The notes beneath the pieces were generated by a model. The model had not been told where the DNA came from. It did no database searches and saw only the letters and a list, made by a program, of their open reading frames with translations. A DNA stretch of 64,000 bases from Owenia fusiformis (taxonomy: Eukaryota). Positions 26,313-39,341 of the stretch are shown here, one piece after another. Position 1 is the stretch's first letter. Every line of letters begins with the position of its first letter. Location of the stretch: positions 17,174,001 to 17,238,000 of the forward strand of contig CAIIXF020000001.1 of assembly GCA_903813345.2 (NCBI GenBank), in the 5' to 3' direction. A program made the translations under genes and the position numbers.

Positions 26313-29300
26313 CTGGAAATACAAGACAATAAATGGTTACCAATTATGATAAAATTGTAGCCTGAATATACATGATGAGGACACATATTATGAGGACATA
26401 ACATACAGCATCCTCCTAAGCAGGTATCCAGAATCCATACCTCCTTCTTCCCCCTGCTATAACATGTATAACCAATTTAGAAGCGCCCGATTAAACTGAA
26501 TCATGTGATCTAATTATGCGCAATGACTTATACATGATTTCTGTTGCAGTGTTGCGATAGCCAATCAGATTGCGAGTTCTTAATCGGGGAAATGCTAACT
26601 GCTTATAGCAGGGTGTAAAAAGAAAGAAGATATTCTGGATTTTGAAGCCCTGTGATCGGAGGATGAACATAGAGAAATATGAACTTTTGCACCATAGCAT
26701 ATAATATGGCCACATAGCACAGTATTTTGTACAACAGTCAAAAGTAGTTGTAGAGAATGTCAATGGGTGTTCATTTGGGAAATTGAGTGGAGCAAATTTG
26801 AGACTTTCTGCAAGATATGATGCTATCTAATCATAAACTGCTGCTTCAAGAAATTCTCAGGTGATGGTGACCTGAGTTTCTCGCATTCAAAGTGAAATAT
26901 TGCATAACCAATTAGTTTTTGACATTTTACAATTTTTCATAGTAACTGTATTTATTAAACAGAGATACATAATATGTTAAACCTAATAAGTCCTTAGAGC
27001 TATTACAAAGCATCTTGTGTAGAACTAATTCTTTGAAATTTATCTATTTAATATCTACTTTATCTATTTATGATTAAAAAGAACTGGACAATATTTGATT
27101 GAAACATCCACTAATCTGCCTACAAGCATGCCTAGCTGTCTATGTTGTCATGCTTAAACAATTGAAGCCTCAGAGATGAGGTCACAACCCTAGAAACCAG
27201 ATATGTTTTGAAATCAATTTTTTATTAATCCATCTTCCCACTATTTTTCCACAGCTGAAGCATCAAACTGCTACCAACTAGGGCTCTTGACATTTTCATG
27301 TTGTACAAAGATTAGTGTGTTTATAATGAGGGAGAACTAGAAAATAGAAGCCTTTATTTTTCATATGCTTTATACAATAAAGAGAAAGAATGATAGCTTG
27401 TACAGATAATTCTAAAACTGTAAAAGTGAAGAATGAATATTATCTGTTGGACTTTAAGCATGTATATTTTATAAACTTAAATCCAATAAAAAGGCCATGT
27501 CAAATTATTAAATGTTTGCCTTTTTCCTACTATATGTAAAATCAACGTGGATATACCATTATTTACCTTCATTCAGATAGCCATAAATCATGAACCACAT
27601 TGCAGTACTTCGAACAAGCCTCATATATTATAAAGTATTGTTGAACTACAACATGATATCCATCATACTCATACATGCATGTATATGAATATTGATGATA
27701 ATATTGTTGTTTAATATAAATCATCTGATCTATCATGATTTCAAGGATTTCTCTCATTTCATCTATTTAACTAGATCACAATTATATATATAGCATTGTT
27801 CATGAGAAATAGTGTGTATATACTTAAAACATAGTTCATATGATTTACAGGGGTTTGTGTGGTGGTCTTTGTGCATTTTAATAATAATTTAGTAACTGAT
27901 ATAAAGTAGGCTTTAATCCAGCCTTTAATCGGACATGCTTTTCATAAATGTTATTTAATCAAAAGGCATATAGTTTCTGCTGTGTTCTACTTTTGATGAC
28001 CCTAGTAGTGTAATTGAGTTTTGTTGCTTGTGTAAATGAATTACCAGAAAGAAGGTCCAATCAATGCCATTTCAGCAACCACTCCCACTTAGATCCTAGT
28101 AATGTAATAAAAAGATGTATACTAGATTTGCATGTAAGCTGAATAATTGCAACCACTCCAAATTGACATACTTTGCTGTGTAACATTAATAATTGATGAC
28201 AAGTAATCAACTTACAGTTTTAATGAACTTACAAATTTAGAATCAATAATGGCAAATGGATATGATCACAACACTTAGTTAGCACCTATTTAATAAACAA
28301 CCACAAGAAAAATTGAAGACATCCGAAATGGCCAATCAAAATTCAAGATGGCTGCCAAAATATATTTCAGAAACACTGAAATGAAAAATTTGCTATATGA
28401 ACACAGAAATGTATTCATAAAAACACCTAGAAGGGACACGAGAATACACGATGATCGTAATAATGACCACATCATGACCATCCAACCAGCATAATATAAT
28501 ATCCTCCTACATAGTGACAAAAAACAACAAGAACCAGACTTCTACAAAACTTTCAAGGAGCTTGACAAGAAGGCTCAGACAATATTATTTTAGAATGTAT
28601 GATTATGAAGTGTCAGAGGTATATGTAGGGGTGTTATGATAGCTTGCATTTTATGAGAATGAGAAATGTATGTTTTGATACATTCTTGATACCCGCATCA
28701 ATAAAATAAAAAGATTAATTTCCCAGCATCAAACTGTATTCTGCAGATTCTACTCCTACTGACTCAGTGTTGAAGAGATGTTAATATTCTGAGAAATGCA
28801 ATCACGATTGTAAATTAGCATGATCAATGGCTTAAGCAAACAGTATTTCCCTAGACCCTACTGTTTCATCCTGAGAAAATTATATTCCAGTAGAGTTCAT
28901 TTTGGATTAATCAGTAACTGCTCTTGTGTAGGTGTAGTGCACTGGCAGAGGTTAGAAGAGAAGTGATTGGCACTGAAATCAATACATCTAAGCAGTATAT
29001 ACCTTTGACAGTGACTTCCTCAGGTACTCAATCAATTGTAATAAGAATCAAATCACCGACCAAAATTAGACTCAAAAATGTTCATCCATTATATACTGAA
29101 TATCAAAATCCAAACGAGAACAACATGTGTCTTTAATAAATTCTATAATAAGGATATGAAACTTGGTTTCGGTATTTTGAAATTTTGATTTAGGGCATTT
29201 GTGGAATAAACAAGTATACAATTACAATTAAAACTTATTGGGTCATTATATTTGAAGTAGAAATACTTTGCTATACAATGATGACATTTAGAAAATGTGA

Positions 29301-30379
29301 ATCAAATAGCAATGAATTCTGGTATGCCAATAAGTTAAGTGGTCTGAAACTTTATCACTTTATTATGCTCATTGTTGATTACCTTATGATAGATGATGTT
29401 GATAACAAATCTGCTTATATTACATATTGAGGCATAAAATGATATTGTATATTAAAGATCTCGTTTTTTACTTTGTAGCGAACAAATATCAGATATTCAA
29501 AAGGGCCTATGATAAATTTGTTTGCAAGGTGTCTGAAATCTTATTCTTAAAGTAACTTACAGGAATGGGAAAATTAACATGTTATACATTTTCTTTGTGA
29601 ACATTTCTTGTACTGTATATTTCATGTCAGTGCATGTATTAATAGTACTGTACTATTATGAGAATTGAAAACTGTAAAAAATCTAATGTGGCTTTGTACG
29701 ACAATGTCTGAGTGCTCATGATTGTTCACCACTGATTGCTGATTGTCTTTTAATGCTATAAACTGTCCATTTTAGAAGCTTTTAAAATGTAACATGATTC
29801 ATGTTAAATGGAACTGATTTGTATGAATCATACATAAAGAGGTACTGTGCTGTCGTCAATTGCTCAAAACAATGACTGCCATTCTGCAATAAGTACTGAT
29901 GCAAGTATGATTATGCTGTTGATCGAATGTTAAACCTTTTACCCATTTACCTATGGTTTGATAGAGTTTTTGCCACAAACAATTCTATAATACAATTCTA
30001 AGATAATCTGCGGGCTGTCGTATGATTCTTAGCTTTTTTCGTACAAAAACATTTTGTGGATTCCACTGGTTGTTTATTAAATTTTGTATTCCCCAGTGTC
30101 TCTCTCTATATTAGAGTTGTTTCAAACTCGCCGACTTCGACAACAGAGTCCCGACACCGACTTGGTTACTGTAAATCGATACTGTAATTATGCATTTTCA
30201 AAGTTTATTTTTGAGGTTAATATCTACCTAATTCAATTGGATTGTTTCAAGCTTCCGACTATGGAACACGAAATGATATTTGTTGACTATATAATCAGAG
30301 GGACATAATATTCTGTTATGTATTCACTGGGTTTTTATTATTAATATATAATAATAATGATCATACAAGTGTGGTAAAG

Positions 30380-31513
30380 CTAATCTGACGATTCTGAGGA
30401 GGAAATACTAATGCCAAGTCCTGTAATAATTTTGGGCATTTTTTTCAATAGAAATCTTTCTTGGGATTTTAAAACTCTTCTGTGGAGTTCAGTTAGTGTC
30501 TCTGTTTTCTTCTTCTTTTTCTTCTTTGTTGGAACTGCGAGTTCCTCATCATGACCACTCGACATATTATGTGCGATATTATCCCGGAAATCGTCCATCT
30601 GCTGATCGTCATCCTCATTAAAAATGGTGACGTTTTTGTCTTGAGTTGACGTACTTGCAGTTGCAGCTTGGGTCTGGGCTTTTGTAGACTTTGGGGTCGG
30701 GTTTTTTACAGGCTTTGGGGTTGGGGCTTCCACAGGATTGGGAGTCTTCGCTTTGGTAGGCTGGGGGCAGGGTTTTTCCGCAAACCTCATTTCCATTTTC
30801 TTAACATCATCAATAGCCAATCTGAAACACAAGTCGGATAAAATTTTTATAAATAAGCAAAATCAAACTGAAATTTGAAAGTCTAGTAAATAATAGTACT
30901 AAAAAGAATGAAAAAACCCTGAAATCTCTTACTGAATTTCTGTATCTTTGACAACTTCCTTTCCTGTAACCAACTTCCCAAGCTTTGTAGAAAGACGGGT
31001 CTGTAGCTGATCATAGCTTGTTTGTTTGTAGTAACTCGACGTGTCTTCTGTTAGAAGATGGAGATTGTCTTTGATGGTATCGACAATTTCTGTCCAACAA
31101 CATGGATGCACCAAGTAGCTTCTTAGTAAAAGTAAAACTTCTGGTTTCGAAAAGAAAACCTTTCGTTTTCTTTTTGTCAAGAGCGTAGGTTCTGAAACAG
31201 ATATAAATTCAGTAATAAGGCTGCTGTAAGGCGAACGCGTGCTTTGATTTGCACAGTGTCATGTTTATTCTTCACAGCTAACGTGCCATTCAAACCCTGT
31301 AAAATGTTAAGCCCCACAGAGTACGTAGTTTTTATAATATTGTGGGATATACATGTAGTTTCTGATTTCATTGAATAAATAAACGAAACAGTAAACACGT
31401 ACTGTTTTGAAATATTTAGAAAAAGCTGTACGATGCCTGTAAGTATATGAACGTACATATTTGTTTGCTAATTAGTCAAGTAACTTACCTTTGCTTACAG
31501 TTTTCGAAGCCAT
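30380..31513 (-). CDS. Three-exon gene (31489..31513, 30933..31191, 30380..30821), 241 aa, Myb/SANT-like N-terminus, poly-Lys NLS-like tract
   Basis: ATG GCT TCG...AAA G|gtaagt; tttcag|AA CCT...ATT CA|gtaaga; tttcag|A TTG GCT...; phases join with no stops; AATAAA about 40 nt after the stop (tttatt 30334-30339); KRKRKVFFSKPEVLLLLRSY...WTEIV resembles Myb/SANT helices 1-2. Confidence 0.75.
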
Positions 31514-31641
31514 GTTACTCGTGTACTATCGTAAGAAGGTTGTGACACACCAGTGCACAAGTCAAGTAAATATATGAACGCATACGCATAGACACGTGTC
31601 ACTGCCAAATACTCAGCGATGCACAAACTTGTCTCATGTTA

Positions 31642-31780
31642 TGCCTGGGTCACATAGGCTCCGATCCATCGGTGGCGCCCGGCGGATTGAGTGTTTTGTT
31701 CAATATTGTATTCAATTTTGAACAAAATACTCAACCGGCCGGGCGCCGTCGTGAAAATCAGAGCAAATGTGACCAAGGCA
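31642..31780. mobile_element. Harbinger/Tourist-like MITE, copy 2, nested in the 2-kb TIR element
   Basis: TTA|TGCCTGGGTCACAT...ATGTGACCAAGGCA|TTA, perfect 3-bp TTA TSD. Confidence 0.88.
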
Positions 31781-32914
31781 TTACTTGAAAAAATCGTAGT
31801 TATAGGACCGAATGAAGCGTATTGGCTCTGGGCTTAAACAATGCCGTTACTGTAAATCAATTGCAAATTAAATTAGACCTTATGTAAAACGTGTAGTCTA
31901 TCGTCTAATGATAAATGAAATAAACCTGAAAACCATTAAATGATGAATATTTGTCGAATATGCATTGGAATTTATCTAGAGATATTGCATGGTAAGTAAT
32001 CAGTTTATCCGCAAAAATAAACTTTGAAAATACATAATTACAGTATCGATTTACAGTAACCAAGTCGGTGTCGGGACTCTGTTGTCGAAGTCGGCGAGTT
32101 TGAAACAACTCTACTACTCAGGTTTCCTAACATGAAAACAAAAACTATTTCAAACATATCAGTTTCATTTTATTCATCATTCAAAATCAGTTTAGAAGCA
32201 TCTATAAATATAAGACCTGAATTACTATGTTTTGGAATACAAAAATAATTTCAAGAAATATAAATTACCCTATTTTGGTATAAACATTGAAGATGAGGTG
32301 TGGAAATCTTATGATTTGCAAAACAAAATAAGATCAATTAAGCTATTGATTTAGTTAAAATGATTACAAAACCATGACAACAGTTATTGTGACCTGAAAT
32401 AACATGAGCCAATTATTAAAACAACTAACTTCACCCTGTTGTGTCAAATCAATACAAAGATAGAAAATGAACACTTTGATTTATTTTACATTGATTGTCC
32501 ACACCTTTTGATTTCATTGTAGATGTTTCAGCTTAATAATTTCAGCACATACTATTGTATTGTATAAATAGCAATATGGAATTAACATAAACAAGACAGT
32601 TAACAAGTAAATTACAACAAATAGTCATTTAATTTGATTTACTAATGTTTGGAGATATGAATTGTGACATTAACAACTATTATTGGTGGTATTTAATGGT
32701 TGTAATACTGTGATAATACAATTACATGTAACTTTTGGTATTAAAAATAATCCCACAAGCTTGGAAATAAAATGTCTGTTTATTTTCATGGCGAAAAAAT
32801 GAAAATGTGTTTAACCTTACTATGCACTACAAAATCTGTGGCTCAAAAATAAACAGCAGCAAGAAACTAAATTTCTTCACAATGTTTTCAATTATCTCCC
32901 GTTGTTTTAAATGA

Positions 32915-33706
32915 TTACTTTTGAATAATAGCATGCTCATCTGTCATTTTCACTATTCCTTCTGGAGTAACAATAGATTCTTCTTTTTTCCTCTCAGGCT
33001 GCACAAACTTTTCATTCCCAGTTGCAGGTATAGCCATGTCCAAAGGACTTTTTGAAGGAAGATCATCCTTTAGGAGTCTAACCTTGAAAGATTCAGATCC
33101 TAGTTTCCGTTCCTCATCGCAGTAGTTATAAAGACAGCTGGGGAATATAAGGGCTATTGTAAGAGTCAACCCACCAATGCAGAATATGATGAGTCCAACA
33201 AGTTTACATATATCCAAATTGAAGTCGTATGTTATAGCATTTCTGTTGATGATTTCATTGCCTTGCTTGTCAATGTCAAGGATAACAGGCTGCTGTGGGA
33301 TGCTATACCCTACTATGATTCCTATGACACCAAACACCAGAAGATTAGCTCCAATCCAGACAAACACCTTCCACCATATAGGTGTACAACGTCGGCGACG
33401 AGGATTCGGATGAATCAGATATCGAAAATCATCCTCATCTTCATATATCGCAGGGTCCTTCACACCCTTTTCATAGAAATTATGTAAGTAAGATTTGACG
33501 CCAAAGTAATCAGGGCAGCTTGATCTCTCTTCACGTTTGGCTTCATGGGACTCTTTTGCAGTGGTGTCTGATTCAGAATACACTTCCCGTAATTTTTCCA
33601 AAGGTGGTTTAGAAGACTTTGCCTGAGATTTGGGATCAGCAGGATCTGAATCGCTGTCAGCTTGTTCACGTTCCTCTATTGCATCACCATCATCATTGTC
33701 AGCCAT
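32915..33706 (-). CDS. NRSN1: Neurensin-like two-transmembrane protein (263 aa), nested in an SLCO intron on the same strand
   Basis: YFGVKSYLHNFYE...IYEDEDDF...WWKVFVWIG...VGYSIP matches the neurensin motif YGVRSYLHQFYE...EDDF...FWKVG; two hydrophobic helices; acceptor ttgcag| at 33785. Confidence 0.88.
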   Translation of the reverse strand: MADNDDGDAIEEREQADSDSDPADPKSQAKSSKPPLEKLREVYSESDTTAKESHEAKREERSSCPDYFGVKSYLHNFYEKGVKDPAIYEDEDDFRYLIHPNPRRRRCTPIWWKVFVWIGANLLVFGVIGIIVGYSIPQQPVILDIDKQGNEIINRNAITYDFNLDICKLVGLIIFCIGGLTLTIALIFPSCLYNYCDEERKLGSESFKVRLLKDDLPSKSPLDMAIPATGNEKFVQPERKKEESIVTPEGIVKMTDEHAIIQK

Positions 33707-35371
33707 TGTGTGGACTTGTTCCAGGGGGTCACTCCATAGTACACGGTATCACCATTCAATATAGACCTCCTACCCGCATCATACCCTGCAATTAACAACC
33801 AGATTACTTTATAGATATTGATGTCACATGCAAAGCCCAACAAAGGTAAGAGACTTATTAAGCTGTACATCTTTAATATTACTTAAATCAATAAACATAT
33901 AACTTAGATAAGATATTGATATCATATGCAACATATTGTACTGTGAAGATAAAGAACTTATAAATATTTATATTGCATAACACGAAGTAATTGCACTAGA
34001 GAAAAAGATAACAGAAATTTTATGGCAAAATTAATTGAGAGTTTTCCCATGATGAACATGATTTCCGTCCATAATGATGGGGTATCAATATTAGAATTAG
34101 TTTGCTTCAATTCTAACCAAATCTTTTCTAACATTTTTTGAGATAATGACATTACTTGCTTTGAATTGATGAGTTCTGACATACATTTTCTATTTGGCAT
34201 GCTTTTTAACATCTATTAGCCCAGTGTTTTGCAGATTGTAATGTATGGTTTGCTTTAGTGCTTTTTTCTGATAAACATTTCTTAAAATTATGCAGAGATT
34301 TACTGGATCTAGGGGATTATAGTGAATAAGCATCAGAATATAGTGATGAATCTGAGAATGATAGGCTAGTAGGGTACTTATAATCAGCACAATTGAGTCA
34401 ATAAGACTTGTTTTTCAGAGACTCAGCTCAGCTGTATTTTATGAAGAATTGATTAGCTGCACTGTGAGGGTGTCTGCTTCTTGTTATCTCGGAGATGCAA
34501 GCCAGTGCAATATTGAATCCTTGCTTCCACTTAAGGCCATTCAACGTGTTTTTTGTTGTTCAATATAAGAGAAGCACTTTAGGAGGAATGTAGTAAATGG
34601 AACAAAACATTATAGGAAGGAAGTAGAACATATTCAGAGTAAATTCAGTAAAGGTATAAGGAACAATACACATCTGAAGAGCATAAAAGCATTAAATCTT
34701 AAACAACCACATCAACCAATCAAAGTACAGGCATAATGCAGCTTTACGCTAGCTGGAGATTTGTGGTGAACAGGAGATAATTTTGACATTAGGCTTTAGG
34801 CTAATTAGACTTTATGTAAAATGAGAACTTCTAATCAATTTGTGTGGTAAAAGGTGTCAATAATGCATTAATATATGTAATGGTCAGTTAGTTATGAAAG
34901 TAGATCTTATGGTATACTATATGTCAATAATTGTTGTACTTGTCTCTAAATGTTTCAACTGTTGAAATTATCAACCCACATACCATATTTGATAATGTAA
35001 TTCAATGCTTTTGGTCAAAACAAATACAGCATTTTATTGACATATTCATCAATATTTGTTAAACCATCGGGTTAATTCTTTGAACCTTGAAAAAAACAAT
35101 TTCATGAGAAAAATCAACTGGTGTATATGAAACTGCTATGGGGAAGGTAACATGTGTTATAATGGGAAGGTAATTTATGTGATTTATAACACTGGGTTTA
35201 GTTATTCTGCTTCACTGCACAGTATTTTTATACACCGGTCATTCTTGTAAATACGAGCACATACTTGGTCACTACTTGAAAGCATTTTAAAATTGCATAT
35301 GTAAAGATACTGTGACATTATACAAGTATATGTAAACTCTTAATAAAAGTGCCATCCTTGTTTTATCTTAA

Positions 35372-35750
35372 AGGCAGAATCAGATCGATAGGGGTGACAA
35401 AATTACAAGCACCATGTACAATTGACCTTCCAATCTATTCCTTACAATTAACAATCTCAAATACAATATCTCCCAAAAGATTCATGTTATGTTAAAATTG
35501 GTGAAGTTATAATGGATTCAAAGTGCAAAAATGCGTGAACATTTTTTTAATTCCCCCAAATAATAAGAATGGTTACCATTCTTATAGAAAAACAATAATA
35601 CATTATTGTAAAAATCTTTAGTTTTACTGAAATAAAATGTGCACTTTGGGGATTTTTAGAAAATAGACATGAAAAGGAATGACACCAGCCAGAAATATTC
35701 TAAAAATGAAACAATTTTTGTTAGGCTGCTTGTTAGATCTGATTCTCTCT
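35372..35750. mobile_element. Kolobok-like MITE
   Basis: TTAA|AGGCAGAATCAGATC...GATCTGATTCTCTCT|TTAA. Confidence 0.65.
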
Positions 35751-37005
35751 TTAATTTACTCCAATTTATTGTTCTCTAAAGATGAAACACATCTTTTTAT
35801 AAACAAAAAGTAAATTGCATACAATAGATCAAACATAAGATTATGATAACCTGTGTCACGTTCCCATGTTATATGTTAGGTAATAAATGTATGTCATCAT
35901 GTTTTGCCAAGGGGGAGTTAAACATTATAACTACTGGTATGAATTAAATTCTCCAGGGCATTCAACCATAAGTATACTGTACAGCTGAAGGCCCTTGCAG
36001 TGTGCAGATATATCATCATCATTATCATCATCAGGACCTCACTTCAAATACTGGCGCAAAGGATAATAGCTCTGCAGGGATGGATTGATTGATTGATGTA
36101 TGGATTGACTCTTTTTGTTTGTTGAGTGGAGTTTCTTTGTTTTCTTAGTGTGGTATCTAATTATTTCCATTAATATACATGTATGTAAAACAAACACAGC
36201 AAAACATTGTGATATATCAAAACTGTCACCTCAGATAACTAACAGATCAATAAAATAAATTCACTAAAAGCTGTCAAATTATTGATTATTTCAAATCTGC
36301 ATTATGTATCTCAAAAGTTTTACTTTTTGCACTAAGCCTGTGTTTCAAAGGTTTGATTGTTCCACTTGTAAATAGTGTACAAATAAAAATATTAAGTAAA
36401 ACTATTTCATAAACAATAACAACCCCTATTAATTATTCAACCCAGAAGCTCTGATCTTATCAATCGACTAATTCAATTTCCATGGCAAAGTCAATTGCAG
36501 AAATATCTTTTGTCCTGTTTATAGGTAGCTTATTATAAAGCCACTCTGTCAAAGAGGATAAATGACAAGATAAGTTGATCTTCAAATAACACCGAGAAAT
36601 CCTTCTGACAAAAACAAATCTCTCCAATTACCCCATTTCACATTGCATACACTATGAGCAACTGGGAATTACATACTTACTCTGCAAAACGCTTGATAAT
36701 ACTGGATTACATTATTGTTTTATTAGTAAATAAAACTATATATGCATTGTAAGACAGGATTGCATGCACTGATTTATACACGAGGCTATAATGTGAAACT
36801 TCCAAAGGAAATTCTCTGATGGACTTTTATCTTTCATCTTGCAAATTATTTAACAGTGTACAATTTTACATTGAACAGTTGCATATGAAGCCTACATCTT
36901 ATTTAAACAATGAAATAGATATGTATAATTCATATATGTAAAAAAATAATAAACGAATCTTGATGCATGAATGTTTACATACAAAAATAAATAAGATATC
37001 TTTAC

Positions 37006-37142
37006 CTGGTGTATTCACTTCTCACATCCTCCTAAGCCTTCTTCAATATGGCTTGCTACAGCAGCTATTGATCCTCTTGGTTAGCATAATATAATCTGAT
37101 TGGTCTCATCGTACAACCCACTCACGCTGTTGCCGTGGAAAC
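37006..37142 (-). promoter_or_regulatory. Candidate promoter and non-coding first exon of the neurensin-like gene
   Basis: RFX X-box GTTGCCGTGGAAAC (37129-37142), CCAAT box (CTGATTGG at 37096-37103 on +), donor ccag|gtaaag at 37006. Confidence 0.55.
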
Positions 37143-37670
37143 GCAGATGCAATGATGTCAATTTCAGCAATGAACTCAAGTAAAACACCAGTAGCTGCTA
37201 AGATTCTTAAGCCTCATACAAAATTCACTGAAATTGATTTCTTTCTTCTCAAAAACATTCGCGGCTTAAATCATTAGAACTGTCATCAATAAGAACTTCT
37301 TCAGATTAATTTACAATTGGAACCTTTAACAATGTGACTTCACTAAGAATGGTAAACACAGTTATTCCACAGCTGTATGTTCCTTATACTTCATTCATTT
37401 AACTATCAGAAACAATATCTTCATATAATTAGTAACACGTGCTGAATACTATCATGATTATGAAATCATTATTGGAATAAAGTTTATTAAGAAATTGTAA
37501 TGAAAGGCAGAAAATGAATGCACATGCATATCCTGCTAATATCTTCCTGGCCGCTACCTTATACATACAGTAGCCAATTAATTAGAAAAGTATCTCATAT
37601 GACAATAGCACGTACTGATGACTAAACATAGATGGACATTGCGGCAGGATGGACCATTTGATCTTACTGG

Positions 37671-38992
37671 TTAGCTCACATGGTGAGCTTTTGCAATCAC
37701 TCACATGTCCGTCTGTCTGTCCGTCTGTCCGTCTGTCCGTCCGTCTGTCCGTCAACAATAGTTGCACGTTTTAAAACCTCTGTCGATAGGATTCCTGTTT
37801 TAAGTTATTTCTGTTCAACATCAATACAGAAAACCCCCCTATGACTCCTGGTTCAAAAGCTCGCCTATTTTCAAAATGGCCGTCACTTTTGTCTCGCGAA
37901 ATTCACTTTTAGCCCATTTCCTAGCTAACCTCTGTCGATAGGATTCCTGTTTTAAGTTATTTCTGTTCAACATGAATTCAGAAAACTCCCCTATGACTCC
38001 TGGTTCAAAAGCTCGCCTATTTTCAAAATGGCCACCATTTTTGTCTCGCGAAATTCACTTTTGGCCCATTTCCTAGCTTTGCAAATAATTTCAGGTGTCC
38101 TACATTGTGAAAATCCATGTCAATGTAAAGGGTAGATATATGAAATAATTTTGTTACAAAAAATCAGCGAAAAATTGTATCCATTTTTTTATTTTCAGCC
38201 ATTTTAGTTAACATTGATTTGTCTATCTGACTCGCGAAATCCACTTTCTGTGGCACGTTTTAAAACCTCTGTCGATAGGATTCCTGTTTTAAGTTATTTC
38301 TGTTCAACATCAATACAAAAAACTCTCCTATGACTCTTGGTTCAAAAGCTCGCCTATTTTCAAAATGGTTGCCATTCTTGTTTCGCGAAATTCACTTTTG
38401 ACCCATTTCCTAGCTTTACAAATAATTTCAGCTGTCCTGCATTGTAAAAAGCCATGTCACTGTAAAAGGTAGTTGTATGAAATAATTTTGTTACAAAAAA
38501 TCGGCAAAATATTATATCCGTTTTTTTTTTATTTTCAGCCATTTTAGTTAACACTGATTTGTCCATCTGTCTCGCGAAATCCTCTTTTGGACCATTTGCT
38601 TAAAACCTCTGTCGATGCGATAGGATTCCAGTTTCAAGTTATTTTTGTTCAACATCAATACAAAAAACTCCCCTATGACTCCTGGTTCAAAAGCTTGCCT
38701 GATTTCAAAATGGTCGCCATTTTTGTCTCGCGAAATTCAATTTTGGCCCATTTCCTAGCTTTACAAATAATTTCAGGTGTCTTGCATTGCAAAAAGCCAT
38801 GTCACTGTAAAGAGTAGATGTATGAAATAATTTTGTTACAAATTATTGGCAAAAAATTATATCCGTTTTTTTTTCAGCCATTTTAATTGACTGAGAGACA
38901 GATGGCTTGAAATAATTTTGTAACAAAAAATCAGCATAAAATTATATCCATTTTTTCTGTCACCTTGTGAGCCCAGTACCCACGGTACTAAT
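37671..38992 (+). mobile_element. Second Helentron-type (HINE) family with GTCC/GTCT microsatellite and central tandem repeats
   Basis: TT-AGCTCAC-atg-GTGAGCT stem-loop, (GTCC/GTCT)n near 37707-37752, units starting AACCTCTGTCGAT at about 37775, 37927, 38264, 38604, terminal GTGAGC plus AGTACC-cac-GGTACT hairpin then T-run. Confidence 0.85.
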
Positions 38993-39341
38993 TTTTTTTT
39001 ATAGTTTTGTTAGGTAAATTGGAATATCTTGGATTCAGAATGTTTTCATTTTTCCTATTTTTCAAAAATATTCTTTTTTTGATTGTCATCCAAAGTAATT
39101 CTTGCAACATCATGTTCCCTGTTATATTCAGTCCCTTATGAAGCAACCAATTATTTATATTTATAACATGATACTCATTAACAATAAGTATTTACCTGTA
39201 TCTCATCAATTCTAACATTTCTATATTAACACTTCATGTATTATTGCATGTGCATGTAGATCGTTAATGATAAAAGATGACTTATCACAATATCACATAC
39301 ATATACTTGCAAAAAATGAAACAAAGCACTACACTAACATA

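Larger units (their letters stand above)
30112..32113. mobile_element. 2.0-kb TIR DNA element without transposase, carrying a spliced cargo gene
   Basis: TIRs 30112..30213 and 32012..32113 (TAGAGTTGTTTCAAACTCGCCGAC...), 1 mismatch in 102 bp; repeated CGAC motifs; no clear 8-bp TSD. Confidence 0.9.

Noticed and set aside
30084-32108. ORFs 30084..30308 (+) and 31905..32108 (-) sharing FQTRRLRQQSPDTD
   Set aside because: They are translations of the two TIRs
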